From Octopus bimaculoides (lineage: Eukaryota), in the NCBI RefSeq assembly GCF_001194135.2, contig NC_068981.1, positions 164,016,453 through 164,080,452 of the forward strand: DNA of 64,000 nucleotides, written 5' to 3'. A program made the translations under genes and the position numbers. The notes beneath the pieces were generated by a model, which was not told the DNA's origin, ran no database searches, and saw only the letters and a list, made by a program, of their open reading frames with translations. Every line of letters begins with the position of its first letter. Position 1 is the stretch's first letter. Shown here in pieces: positions 9,939-23,296 of this stretch.

Positions 9939-12900
9939 ATTCAACTCGGTAAAAACTAAAAGTGGTCAATTTACTGAGAAAAATTGGAATGTAGAATCGT
10001 TGATTATAAATATCAACAATATAACCGCGAGGAAATACATCGGAGTAGCACTCTGCACACTATATATCTCTTATAAAATATAGTGAGGTGAATTACTTAA
10101 ATTAACAAAAATTATCGAAGTAGCTGACAAAAAACACTCACTTTAAGGGTGTTCAAAATCTCAAATTACCCAAAGGCTAGATGGCGTTTTCATTCTCACC
10201 TGCGGCGAAATATATGTTCTTTTCTAAAAATTTTCTTTTATAGCTTAGACATGGGTGAAAGTATTGTGCCCATGATCTGTTTTCAGGACCTCCGAGATTG
10301 CCGAAGATTAAAAATATCACGACTCATGGGGTATAATCAGAGTTGGCCTTTGAGTTCTGGTGATTCACGTAAAATAACTTTAAGTGCTCTTACAGATATA
10401 GATTAAAAAATTTTCCACAAGGAGGTAGAGTTTCGAAGCTAATACTAAAGTGTTCATCACAATATACACGCTACAGCAAACAGACACTACATAAAGGTTT
10501 CAAATTCTTTCATGAATACGATTAGGAGAGAGATGGTGGGAAGAAAAACTATCTTCACTATTGGCAATGAAATCGATACAATTTTGTTACACACACTGAC
10601 TGGAAGATAGATATATAGAAGAAACTCCAACCGATACTGTTGGTTTCCTCTAAATGTAACAAATTTTCTCCCAATTAACTGAAGAATATGAAATGTAAGA
10701 ACAGATGCTAAAAATGCACACATTATTCTCAAACATTTTTGTTGATTTTACGTCTACAAATGTTTTATATCGCTTTCCTATATTTTTTCACTATTATTTT
10801 CTCTTGACAAAATTGACAAGAAATTTGATCTGTCAGTATTTAAACGATCTCTAACACATAACATGATACACCTTATTCCTTGGAGTTCCGGGCAAATGCC
10901 CAAGATTTCAATAACATCAGTTAAACCTTGGTCACAGGAGGCAGTAAGAACCAGTATATCATGATATCGAATTATCTAGTCTAAGACTTAGGGCCACGGT
11001 TTGACTGATTGCAATAGCGTGTGCTTAGTGTCGCATCTAGGCTTAGCGAGACATTAAACCACGTAAAGCTTGGAGGCTTCTCGTTAAAAAAATTACATTA
11101 GTAGTTCTCACAAAATTGAAAACATGCATTTTAATTATTTTGGAATTGGAAGAGACCTATGTTGCTGCTTGTTTGGCTTATGCCTAAATCCAACGTTGCT
11201 TGTGCTTATTTTATCGATCTAGAAGAAACGAAATGCATAGTTTACTCCAGTAGGATTTGATCTTTGAAGAATTTAAAGAGATGTAAATAAATACAGTAAG
11301 CTTATTTAGTCCTTTCCTGTATTGTTACTGCCACTCTGCTGCCATATTTAATGATACAATAACGAATATAGAATATGAAGAGAAATATATATATATATAT
11401 ATATATATACAAAATAAAAAAAAACACTATAGGGAATTGAAAGTATCAATAAAAAAGAGGGAAAAATGATAAGTGAAAGAGAAATATTACTGAAGGAACG
11501 GGAGGTGGGGGTGGGAATTGATCGAGATAAAAAATATCAGTGAAACAAGTACACAAAAATGAGATAAAATAAAGTATTATAAAGGAGAGAAAGAAAGAAG
11601 ATGCATGAAAACAAAACTTTCGACGAGATAGTAATCCAGATTTAAAATGCCATTAGTCTTTGAAACGATCAAAATGGTCTATTTGTACAGCTATTTTCTA
11701 CATCCAACACCGTCACCTCTATCTGACAAAGGCACTTGGTTGTGTTTAGTTAAAGAATAAGTAAATGTTCATGCCGTTATGATTCCATCTAGAAATGGGC
11801 TGTCTATTGTAAATGATTATATGATAAATCGAAATTTACTGAATTTTCATGCATTTTGTCAAACTGCAGTTTGAAGCGAAACATAAACTGCGATTTGGAT
11901 TTCTATGTAAAGGAAAATATAACACAAGTGTGAGATATATAGAAAAATGAGATTATAATGTGTGAAATACTGTGTGATAAGAAAGAAAGACAGAAAAAGA
12001 GGAAACGAGAGAGGGAGAAAGATAGAGAAAGAGAGACTGAAAGAGTGAGAGACAGAGACAGAGTGTGTCTATGTGTGTGTGTCTGTGTGTGTGTGTGTGC
12101 GTGTATGTGTATGCACGAGTGTCTGTATGTGTGATACAAAAGTGTGAATAATCATATTACTATGATATATCAACTTTGCAGTGTAAGATATATTAATGCT
12201 GGAATGATTTTACTGTAATGATAATTTTACTGTATGTTGCTATGGTGATTTTATTGAGGATTTGTTATTGTTGCGATGGTATTACTACGATACCAATTTT
12301 ATTTATCCGAATGAAATATGGCTTTGTTAACACAGACACACCATGGTCTCAGAATTATAAGAAAGGAATGAAACTGTTAATGTGTGATGTTCATGCCCTT
12401 GAGAAAGGAAAATAGCGACATAAGTGATATGAAATCGAAAACTATTTGCAGAAAATCGACTGGCCGAGAGCATTAATACTTCTCTAGACTTGCACGCAGA
12501 CGTTGAGTGTCAAGAATTTATAATTCTGATCAAAGCGATCAAAAAGTCGATGTTCTTCAAGTGATACGTGAGAAAATTTGTGAAGCGGCCGGACTTAAAG
12601 GGTGTATGATAAAATATGAGACAGGAGTTTTATTCTTTGATTTGGTAGAAAGACCTTATATTTTGGTGGAACACTGAGAAGCGTTTTGGAGAAAAAGGGA
12701 AAATGTGAGCAAAATTTACGGCACCATGTATATAAGATAAAAATGAAAACAAAAGAAAAAAAATGACAAAAAAGAGTATTAGCGACTTAAATGAAGGGAA
12801 GATATTTGAAATTATGTAATGTTCTTGGTTTACTGGAAGTTGATTTCTCGTTCTTTGGCTAGACATTAAAACAAGATCAAGGCAATTGTGAATTTTGATC

Positions 12901-14064
12901 TTGGGAAAAGTGGTTTCGTATGCGCACGCGCCTTGTGTGTAAATGTTCTTTAGCTCCCGGGTCAACACTGATCGAGTACACAAGGCCTTTGCACACGAGA
13001 CTGTCTTATTTCACCAGTATTAGTTTATCTCCAATATGGTTACCTTTTTCTCAACAGGTATAACGATGACATCGGAGAGCTCTTAGTGGCTCGTCGTTTG
13101 TTATTCTTAAGAAAAATTAAGCGGAGAACATTGTTTCTTTGCCTACATTTTCAAAGCGTAGATTGCTTGTAAATGGTTTTTCTTACAGTTGAAGGTTTGA
13201 GAGCTCGTTGTCTTGCTCTTCGATGATCTCCAAATAACGTGAGTTGTGCTAATGAGTGTATCTCCACAGAAACAGTGCCAGATTTATGCTCATATACGTT
13301 ATGTAAAAATCAAATTGATTATAATTCCATTTGCATCAATATAACATTTGCTATTTAGCATAAGGAAGTATAGAAATTATATTTCTGTTTTTATTTTTCT
13401 ATTATTTGTGGCTGAGTCAATGCAGCGAGCTAGCAGTATATAAATACTAGTTGAACAATGGGGTCGATGAAATCGATTAAACTCCCAATCCCCTAAAACT
13501 GCTTTGTGCCAAAATTCGAAACCATTATTTATGGCTGAGTCAGAGGAATAAAGTAGAACATTACTAATGAATTCTTTGCATGGCTTCTGTGAGTGACAGG
13601 AAGAGATAACAGAAAGGAACAAACCAAAAGTCGTGGTCTACCTTTAAACTGAAGACCTGGTTCGAATGTTTTGAACATAGAGGATTCAGCTGAATACATC
13701 TAATGACCAGTCAATTGGGAGCAGTTTCTCGTATGAATGGTAGTGGGAATAAGAGAGCTGAAATGTTGGTAAGCATGCTACCGTCTTTAATAAAATCAAG
13801 TTGGTTTAAAACCAATTAAACTTGTCCAACACCAAATCAGAGGCACGAAAATAGACGCAAACTGTTTTGTCTTTTATCCAAATGGAAGGCTGAAAAAATT
13901 ATCATTAGTATTTTTAGGGGAAGGAAACTTGGTATTTATCAGTTTGAAAACCAGTGGTCAGTACAATCTGTAGATCATTAGAGAAAATATCATGTCATAC
14001 AATCTTTTATGGTAATGAGTTCAGACCCAGTAGATCCAACTTCCTATTCGGTCACCGAAATATT

Positions 14065-14265
14065 TTTCTTTCTAATTTAGGCACAAGGTCACCAGTTTTG
14101 AAGAAAGGAAGAAGTCGACGTATATAGATTCCAGCTATTAACTTGTCCTTATTTTATTGATTCCTAAAGGATGACACGTAATGTCGACCCAGGCGGCATT
14201 TGAGATCAGAACGCAAATAACCGGAAGAAATAACACAAAGCATTTTGTCTGACGTAGTAAAAATT
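14065..14265 (-). mobile_element. SINE family B, degenerate
   Basis: Reverse-complement similarity to 8828-9045 (TAGGCACAAGG...GTCGAC...GGCATTTGA...AAGCATTTTG). Confidence 0.65.
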
Positions 14266-14580
14266 GAGTGAGCATCAGCGGCCTTCTCGTTCATCTAAGA
14301 TTAATAAAATATGAACCAGTTCAAGCCCTTGGCAATGTCAATCAATTGTATTCTTCCCTCAAGACGTCTGATGTTTGGGAGACAATGGTCCTAAGCCGTA
14401 ATAATACTTTTACTCTCACATTTCTGCTATGAACCCCGAGCCGAGTTTTGTTTGTCGTTTAAGATGAATATTTCAGTTCTCAATTTAAATTAATATTCTT
14501 CGTTACATGATTCTGTTCTTTCTTTAGTTGTTTAGATTGTCTTGTACCTGCTTTCTGCCCACTATATGCGTTAAAACTAA

Positions 14581-14761
14581 ACATTTGGTAGACGGAAACT
14601 GAAAGAAGCCCATCGTATATATAATATGTTTATATCTATGTGCGTGTCTTTCTGTCTGTGTTTGTCCCCACCACAGCCACTTGACAACTGATGTTGGTGT
14701 GTTTACGTCCCCGTAATTTAGCGGCTCGGCATAAGAGATAGATAGTACAAGTACCAGACTA

Positions 14762-14795
<34 letters not shown>

Positions 14796-14880
14796 ACTGG
14801 AGTCCATTCGTTCGACTAAAATTCTTCAACATGGCCACAGTCTAATGACTGAAACAAATAAAAGATAAAAAATAAAAGGT
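14581..14880 (+). mobile_element. SINE family A, 5'-truncated
   Basis: TTTGGTAGACGGAAACTGAAAGAAGCCC...AATGACTGAAACAA. Confidence 0.9.
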
Positions 14881-14896
14881 AAAAGATATATATATA

Positions 14897-15300
14897 GGCG
14901 CAGGAGTGGCTGAGTGGTAAGTAGCTTGCTTACCAGCCACATGGTTCTGGGTTCAGTTCCACTGCGTGGCACCTTGGGCAAGTGTCTTCTACTATAGCCT
15001 CGGGCCGACCAAAGCCTTGTGAGTAGATTTGGTGGGCGGAAACTGAAAGAAGCCCGTCGTATATATGTATATATATATGTATGTATGTGTATTTGCTTGT
15101 GTGTCTGTTTGTCCCCCCAACATCGCTTGACAACCGATGCTGGTGTGTTTACGTCAGCGTAACGTAGCGATTCGGCAAAAGAGACCGTTAGAATAAGTAC
15201 TAGGCTTAGAAAGAATAAGTCCTGGGGTCGATTTTCTCGAGTAAAGGCGGTGCTCCAGCATACCGCATTCAAATGACTGAAACAAGTAAAAGAGTAAAAG
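14897..15300 (+). mobile_element. SINE family A, full length (tRNA-derived, CORE-like middle)
   Basis: A box TGGCTGAGTGG, B box GGTTCAGTTCC, CORE-like CACCTTGGGCAAGTGTCTT, internal (AT)/(GT) microsatellite, tail GTAAAAGA repeats. Octopus OR-type SINEs are known CORE-SINEs; that family assignment is from memory. Confidence 0.9.
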
Positions 15301-16896
15301 CGATATATATATATGTTTCAAAATAGTACAGATCCGTTAGAAATTAGCAATGTAAAACATTTATGATTCTTTTTAGGGGACGGACGTATACCTTTATTTT
15401 CTGTTTAGTTGTAGGAGCGGGGCTATTACACTTTTGTTACTAACACGGGGATTGTTAACGTTCTTGTTGTTGTTACTATCGATGAATTTATTTAGCGTTG
15501 TCATCAGTGTTTATATACGAGCAATTGATTGCATAAGTGTTATTTTTTTTTACATATGCGTGTGCGCGCTTGTGTGTGTACATGTACATGCATGTGTTCA
15601 TATGTTTTTGTGAGTTATTATTTGATGACGTTCAGAATGATGATGTAACGGTCTTTTTAGTGTTCGTTATAAACTTCATTTTTGTTATTCTGATATACTC
15701 ACACTATATAGAAAGGTTTAAAGACCATAACGTGATCCAAACATTCACTATACAGGAAATGTCTCTCTCTCACTCTCTTATTTTACCATTATTTTTATTC
15801 AGCATTTTTCTGTTAAGCTTCTTTCTCGTTTTCGTTTCGTCAGATAAGAGTAGTTCTAACACGTTTTTATCACATAATTCCAGGTTTCTTAATAATAAAC
15901 TTTTACAGACTGTAAAGAAAAGGTAGGAAAAAAATATACATATATATATATATATACTTACATTCATATATCCATGTGTATATATATATATATATGTATA
16001 CATGTATATATATATATATATATATGTATGTATAATATGCATATCTGTTTATATATGTATGAATGCATGCATACATATATATTTACATATATGTACATAT
16101 ATATATNNNNNNNNNNNNNNNNNNNNNNNNNNNNNNNNNNNNNNNNNNNNNNNNNNNNNNNNNNNNNNNNNNNNNNNNNNNNNNNNNNNNNNNNNNNNNN
16201 NNNNNNNNNNNNNNNNNNNNNNNNNNNNNNNNNNNNNNNNNNNNNNNNNNNNNNNNNNNNNNNNNNNNNNNNNNNNNNNNNNNNNNNNNNNNNNNNNNNN
16301 NNNNNNNNNNNNNNNNNNNNNNNNNNNNNNNNNNNNNNNNNNNNNNNNNNNNNNNNNNNNNNNNNNNNNNNNNNNNNNNNNNNNNNNNNNNNNNNNNNNN
16401 NNNNNNNNNNNNNNNNNNNNNNNNNNNNNNNNNNNNNNNNNNNNNNNNNNNNNNNNNNNNNNNNNNNNNNNNNNNNNNNNNNNNNNNNNNNNNNNNNNNN
16501 NNNNNNNNNNNNNNNNNNNNNNNNNNNNNNNNNNNNNNNNNNNNNNNNNNNNNNNNNNNNNNNNNNNNNNNNNNNNNNNNNNNNNNNNNNNNNNNNNNNN
16601 NNNNNNNNNNNNNNNNNNNNNNNNNNNNNNNNNNNNNNNNNNNNNNNNNNNNNNNNNNNNNNNNNNNNNNNNNNNNNNNNNNNNNNNNNNNNNNNNNNNN
16701 NNNNNNNNNNNNNNNNNNNNNNNNNNNNNNNNNNNNNNNNNNNNNNNNNNNNNNNNNNNNNNNNNNNNNNNNNNNNNNNNNNNNNNNNNNNNNNNNNNNN
16801 NNNNNNNNNNNNNNNNNNNNNNNNNNNNNNNNNNNNNNNNNNNNNNNNNNNNNNNNNNNNNNNNNNNNNNNNNNNNNNNNNNNNNNNNNNNNNNNN

Positions 16897-17230
16897 CGGC
16901 TGACCAAAGACTTGTGAGTGGATTTGATAGAAAGAAACTGAAAGAAGCCCGTCGTATATATGTATACATATATATATGTATACATATATATATGTATATG
17001 TACGTGTCTATATGTTTGTGTGTCTGTGTTTGTCCCGCCCAGCATCGCTTGACAACCGATGCTGGTATGTTTACGTCCCCGTAACTTAGCGGTTCGGCAA
17101 AAAGAAACCGATAGAATAAGTACTAGGCTTCCAAAGAATAAGTCCTGGGGTTGATTTGCTCGACTAAAGGCGGTGCTCCAGCATGGCCGCAGACAAATGA
17201 CTGAAACAAATAAAAAGAAAGAAAGAGTAA
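16897..17230 (+). mobile_element. SINE family A, 5' end lost in gap
   Basis: Near-identical to 15000-15300. Confidence 0.9.
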
Positions 17231-17927
17231 AGGAGTTCATGCTATTCTCAGGCAGTCTTTTCGTAAAATATAATGCATCAAGTGCTATGATCTAATATAA
17301 TTTTACTTTCTTTAAAATCATGAAGTGATTCTTTAGGAGATTGTACTGTTATTTCTAGCTTGTCATTGGTTCTGGGATTGATAAAAGGAAAGATCAAGTA
17401 ATGATTTAATACATTGCGGCTAGTACGTAAACTGGACAACACAAATCGACATATCCTGTTATTTTTATACCGGTTTCAGTCATCGGCTAGAATGCTGGGA
17501 CATTGCGTTCAAGGGTTTAATAATCATATAACTAATTCGAAATAAAATGATAATTTTATGAAAATGTTGGACGCTATCGAGTGGTCATGTGTTCCTTGCT
17601 GTAGACTCCTTACAACACTCACCCAGAGATGTTTTTAAGTTGAAGCTAACCAGCAGATACTTTGTCATACGGTGGAAAATGCGTGCTAACGATTCTACCA
17701 TCTAACTGATTTTTACACACACACACACACACACACAATACAAGCTAATATATAAGTACTCATACATACATACATACATACATACATACACACACACATA
17801 CATACANNNNNNNNNNNNNNNNNNNNNNNNNNNNNNNNNNNNNNNNNNNNNNNNNNNNNNNNNNNNNNNNNNNNNNNNNNNNNNNNNNNNNNNNNNNNNN
17901 NNNNTAACGCTCAGGAATAGAGAAAGT

Positions 17928-17963
17928 CTTTAACGTTTCGAACCTACGCTCTTCAACTGAAAG
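17928..17963 (-). ncRNA. Hammerhead-like fold with degenerate core (Penelope-type terminus?)
   Basis: Minus strand: CTTT-CAGTTGA-A-GAGC gtag GTTC-GAAACGTT-AAAG. Stems I and II pair, but the core differs from CUGANGA at two positions. Confidence 0.4.
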
Positions 17964-20713
17964 GAACACAGAATACATACATACATACATACATACATAC
18001 ATACATAGAATGCTATTTACAGGATAGCTCGTACCTCAAAGGTACGTTAGAACCAGCGTGTATTTATACTTTAAAAAACAAGGAATATTGGTGGAGCACT
18101 CTAATGAAAAATGAGTACCTGCTGCCGGTGCAGCCCTCATACTCTCCAGTTGTCACATCCTCGATATTCTACCGAGTCAAAAAACAGAAAGGGCCGAAAG
18201 AGTGTCCTTCTCTGATCGCACCTACATAGGTATCGACAAAAGTTAACGAATGTATGGTATATGCGACTTGGTCATACTGGCTTGCCAGTAGTGGCTATAT
18301 TGCATGATTCGACATATGTGTATTTATATGTACATATATATCTATACAAGCATTTAAAAAAATGATTTTACTTGTTTTAAGCATTTGACTGCGGCCATGC
18401 TGGAGCACGGTGGAAAGTTGAGATATGTTCCAAAATTTTGTTATTCAGGATTGGGTTGCAGTGACAGATGTTGTGGAGTTTATCTGTGAGATGCAAGTGA
18501 CATAACCAGATCAGTTCCTAAACGCTGGCACTATCTCTATAATTACCCTTATATTGAGATATTATGAAATATTTCTATTTACGGCACACAATTATGACAG
18601 ACTGTGTACATTTCTAACATAGGGGTGTATTGAGCATTTTTGTGCTTTTGTACGACAAGGAAACAAATACAAATAACCTCAATACATTTATGTAAGAATT
18701 GTAACTGATAAACACAGATTAAGTAGTTAAGGATATTTAATTCATGCTCATTGCTTTTTAACTGAAAGGACGACATTGAAATGTTTCTCATATTTTGGTA
18801 ACCTGGAGTGTATCACGTGGTGTTAACATGTCATATTTACTTCACATTCACATACATTCTCCTCCCTATTTATCAACTTAATATCTTTATATTAAGTAAA
18901 TATTAAATGAGGAAACCTTTCACTTGGCCACTTACATAATCATAATTGATAACGTAATCATAACTGACGCTATGACAATAACGTTTATCATATATATCAA
19001 ATTTTCGCTTCTAGAATACACATAATCCCACAACTACTGTAAGAAACATTGTATGGTATTATCCAGACTTTAGTTTAATTCTATGTTCACATATTACCAG
19101 AGACTTCTAAAGTTTAATCACTTTACCAGAGACTTCTGAAATTTAATCACTTTTCATTGCAAAATCAATTAAGCTAAATTATTCTTATAAAAATTTTCTA
19201 AGTTCCATTAACAATCTTAATTCTAGAAAACTACCCAACAACAACGATATATACAGTCTTCTAGTTTTAACTGAATTAGTTCAAACGATTACTCCCTTAT
19301 AATAGTTTTCTTTCGAAAACTGTACTGCTTGACTGGAAATTGTCATAAACTTCACTTTTATCAACGGAGTAACTTATTATTCCACGAGCATTACCAAACC
19401 CGCCTGATCAATTTTCAGTCAAGCTAACCCATAAGTCCAATGAAATTTTTGTTTAAATTTGCACTGTAAACTCTTCTTAAACGAGAAGTTATTTATAATA
19501 TTTCAAAACGACTGCCTAAACGAATAATCTAAGACTTTACATTATGATGCAGACACACCACGAAGTAGTTACTTACCAATTATGTAATGTCAAGTTGCTA
19601 GCAGGAACAATGATATTTATTTCAAATAGCTGAAAATTCAGAAAGTTTTGAACAATCAGACCAACGATTATGAGTGCTGTAAACACACGTAAATGCTTTG
19701 ATGTTGTTTAAAGATTTAGCCCGCAATTGTCATGATGGCCTACTTGCTTATATATGTGTATATATATATATATATNNNNNNNNNNNNNNNNNNNNNNNNN
19801 NNNNNNNNNNNNNNNNNNNNNNNNNNNNNNNNNNNNNNNNNNNNNNNNNNNNNNNNNNNNNNNNNNNNNNNNNNNNNNNNNNNNNNNNNNNNNNNNNNNN
19901 NNNNNNNNNNNNNNNNNNNNNNNNNNNNNNNNNNNNNNNNNNNNNNNNNNGTAACGTTTCTGCCAGCTCGCGCCCTATTAAAAAAAAAATAGTATGATAC
20001 TATGAAAAAGAACACGTCTTAAAATCTAATATACATATTAAAACAATTATAAATCTTAATATACCTTAATCTTACCACTTAAGTTTCGAAAGACATCTCA
20101 GTTAGTGAAAGACATATACCTAACCGGCGCGTGTACGCTTATATATATGTGTGCGTGTGTTTTCCAACAAAAATTACAGAAGTGATAAGTGAAAAAGCAG
20201 TGTTACAATTAATTTCCTCAAATCGTTTGTCACAAAACATAAACACGATTGGCTTTAATGTGTGTATTGTATGTCACATCTATACACGTAACAAAAATGC
20301 ATACTAGGATTCATAATACAGTTTACTAAACGATTCTTAGAGTTTCATAATTTCAGAGATATTTCATAATGTCTACAGCATAGAAAGAAAAAGTGCTGAA
20401 TTCCAGCTGCTCTGTATAATGGCATATTTTATTATGCAATCAAGTAATAAGTATACATGCATTCAAAACACTAACTCCTTAATATACTAAAATAAAAATA
20501 AATATAAATCTTGGTTCATTTCAGTTCGGTAAAATAAATGGCGATGCAACTTTTTTCGCCTATTATCGCGAAAAGCTTTTGAACATGCAAATATACAGGT
20601 GCAGATAATCCATATTACTTTCAGTCTTGTCCAAGATTGGTATTGATGTTAGTCTTAATTTGAGATAAAGATTCTTTGTAATCTGTATACCAGTTATTAT
20701 TTCCAATGTTTTC

Positions 20714-20777
20714 AGTTGGCTTTTATAAGTTGGCTTTTATAAGTTGGCTTTTATAAGTTGGCTTTTATAAGTTGGCT
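20714..20777. repeat. 14-bp perfect tandem repeat (AGTTGGCTTTTATA) x4.6
   Basis: Direct reading. Confidence 0.95.
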
Positions 20778-21708
20778 CTGCAATCTAAATGGCACTAAAG
20801 ACTTTTTTTTTTAGTTTTTACATTTAATATAACAATATTTGCAAATGTTTTTTTCATATTCTTTTATACTTTTATTTGTTTCAGCTACCATAGGTTACCA
20901 ACTTGAAGAGTTTAATCGAAGAAATCGACCCCAGTGCTTGCATTTCTTTAAATCTGTTACTTATTCTGTCATCGCTTTTTGCGGCATAACTTACATGACG
21001 AGGATCTAAACAAAACGACATCGGATGTCAGGTAGTGGAGGAAAAACGCACAGACACGCACAAATGCACATATATACGTGCGTGCATACATACATACGTG
21101 CATACATACATACATAATACATACATACATACATACATACATACATACATACGTGCATACATACATACACCTGGTAGAATGCGAGGAACCGATGCAGTAT
21201 AGGTCGAAACGATCGTTGTGATTAATAATCTTGTGAATTCCTTTTTCTCTTTCTTTCATTTGTTATATACACACATATATGAATACATGAATATGTACAT
21301 ACATACATTCGTGAATATACCTAGAGATTTGCTCGTATGTCTTCCAAATTCACTCACGAGGCATTGGGAGGTCAAGTGTTATATTACACGATATTTGGTC
21401 AAAATGCCACTTAATACATGATTGTTGAGATAATCTCTTCTTATGCGTTCGGTCCTTATTGTTTGTAGACATTTGTTTATTTTCTCTGAAAGGAATGACA
21501 ATTTCAATAACTCAACTATTAATTTTGTACCTTATATAGTGTACGTTTAGTTGTCACCAATCTGCGTACGTCCTTGGCTTATTTTTTCTCATACAGATAC
21601 ACACATCGCATATATATATGGAGCAGGAGTAGGTGTGTGCTTGGAGTTGTCCGTGTATGTGTGCACACTTCAGTATGTGTAAGAGTATGTGCGTGTAATT
21701 GTGCATAC

Positions 21709-21747
<39 letters not shown>

Positions 21748-21845
21748 GTTGGATTGCGCTTGGCATATAATCCTGTTGTTAANNNNNNNNNNTGTAAAGT
21801 TGGATTGCGCTTGGCATATAATCCTGTTGTTAAACAATGAAGGTG

Positions 21846-22085
21846 GAGGCGCAATGGCCCAGTGGTTAGGGCAGCGGACTCGCGGTCATTAGATTTGTCC
21901 CCACAGCATCGCTTGACAACCGATGCTGGTGTGTTTATGTCCCCGTAACTTAGCGGTTCGGCAAAAGAGACCGATAGAATAAGTACTAGGCTTCCAAAGA
22001 ATAAGTCCTGGGGTCGATTTGCTCGACTAAAGGTGGTGCTCCAGCATGGCCACAGTCAAAAGACTGAAACAAGTAAAAGAGTAAA
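21846..22085 (+). mobile_element. Family C tRNA head abutting a family A 3' half
   Basis: GGCGCAATGGCCCAGTGGTTAGGGCAGCGGACTCGCGGTC (21846-21887) is directly followed by TTTGTCCCCACAGCATCGCTTGACAACC...GAAACAAGTAAAAGAG. Confidence 0.75.
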
Positions 22086-22704
22086 CGATATATATATAGA
22101 CGGTTTAGATATAGATTCAAGGCTTGAATATGGTANNNNNNNNNNNNNNNNNNNNNNNNNNNNNNNNNNNNNNNNNNNNNNNNNNNNNNNNNNNNNNNNN
22201 NNNNNNNNNNNNNNNNNNNNNNNNNNNNNNNNNNNNNNNNNNNNNNNNNNNNNNNNNNNNNNNNNNNNNNNNNNNNNNNNNNNNNNNNNNNNNNNNNNNN
22301 NNNNNNNNNNNNNNNNNNNNNNNNNNNNNNNNNNNNNNAAGTGGGAGAGAGAATACATAAAAATCCAAATGTGAGGAAGAATATATAAGTCCATCTTGAC
22401 ATAGCCGAGTCTATCAGGCTAGTAATTGATTCTAGACAAAAGTTTTAACTGTTTCAGATTTTATTGTTTCTTATCTAGTGGTGATAGCAAAGGGACAAAT
22501 ACTTCTAAAGAGAGGGAAGGTGTAAGCAGTATGCATGGACAAGGCTATAAAATGTATTAGAATCTAAAGGTTTCACTGGTCATAGTAGTATCAGGTCATT
22601 TTACTACTATCAAAGTGTTGAGGAATTAATGTTGAGGAATTACAGCCCTAGGTATATGGGTCAAATAGGTTTTTTACTTTTAGTCTGAATAGAGTAACTA
22701 TACT

Positions 22705-23010
22705 GTTACTCTATTCAGGAACGCTAAAAAAAGAGACCGAGAGCACTATACTGGCAGAGCAAGACCAAGCTTTGGCCACGAACTGGAGGGTCAACCTTTG
22801 AAATGAGCATGGGTCTCCGCTGTGCTGCATCTGTAATGGAGTGGGTGAAACCATTGCCCATATCACAAACGAATGCCCTAGACTTGCCCAAAACCAGTTG
22901 TGACGACACGATCAGGTAGCGAAATACTACACTGGAAACTGTGCGAAAAGTGGGGGCTAGAGAGAGGCAAGACCTGGTTTGGGCACAGAGAGGTGGTGGA
23001 GTCGGAGACT
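22705..23010 (+). mobile_element. R4/Dong-like non-LTR retrotransposon fragment (CCHC zinc knuckle + RHD)
   Basis: Translation with frameshifts: LYSGTLKKETESTILAEQDQALATN...CCICNGVGETIAHITNECPRLAQNQ..RHDQVA..LHWKLCEKWGL. Confidence 0.8.
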
Positions 23011-23125
23011 AGAAAAATCCTCTGGACCTCGGCGTAATTTGAAGTCAGAACGTAAAGACCGACAAAATGTCGCTAAGCATTTTTTCCGGATGCTTTAACA
23101 GTTCCGACAGCTCGCTGTCTTAAAT
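23010..23125 (-). mobile_element. SINE family B 5' part
   Basis: GACCTCGGCGTAATTTGAAGTCAGAACGTAAAGACCGAC...GCTAAGCATTTT...AGCTCGCTGTC. Confidence 0.75.
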
Positions 23126-23264
23126 GAGATTATAATGAAAAACAATTATCAAGATAGCACGCAGTAGGATTGAACCCACTACCTTTTGACTGACAACGAA
23201 CATCATAACCATTCAGTCTTATCCGCAACACCTACACGCATCACACCTATACATGCACGCGCAC

Positions 23265-23296
<32 letters not shown>

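Noticed and set aside
10487-10732. Hydrophobic 81-aa ORF, and similar ORFs at 1417-1695, 2795-3148 and 12630-12983
   Set aside because: AT-rich codon bias yields F/I/L-rich pseudo-membrane peptides; no motifs or exon boundaries support them.
19095-19152. ~30-bp tandem duplication (TTACCAGAGACTTCT.AA.TTTAATCACTT)
   Set aside because: Two-copy local slippage duplication with no further structure.
21742-21833. 41-bp direct duplication either side of a 10-N gap
   Set aside because: Typical unmerged contig-overlap artefact.
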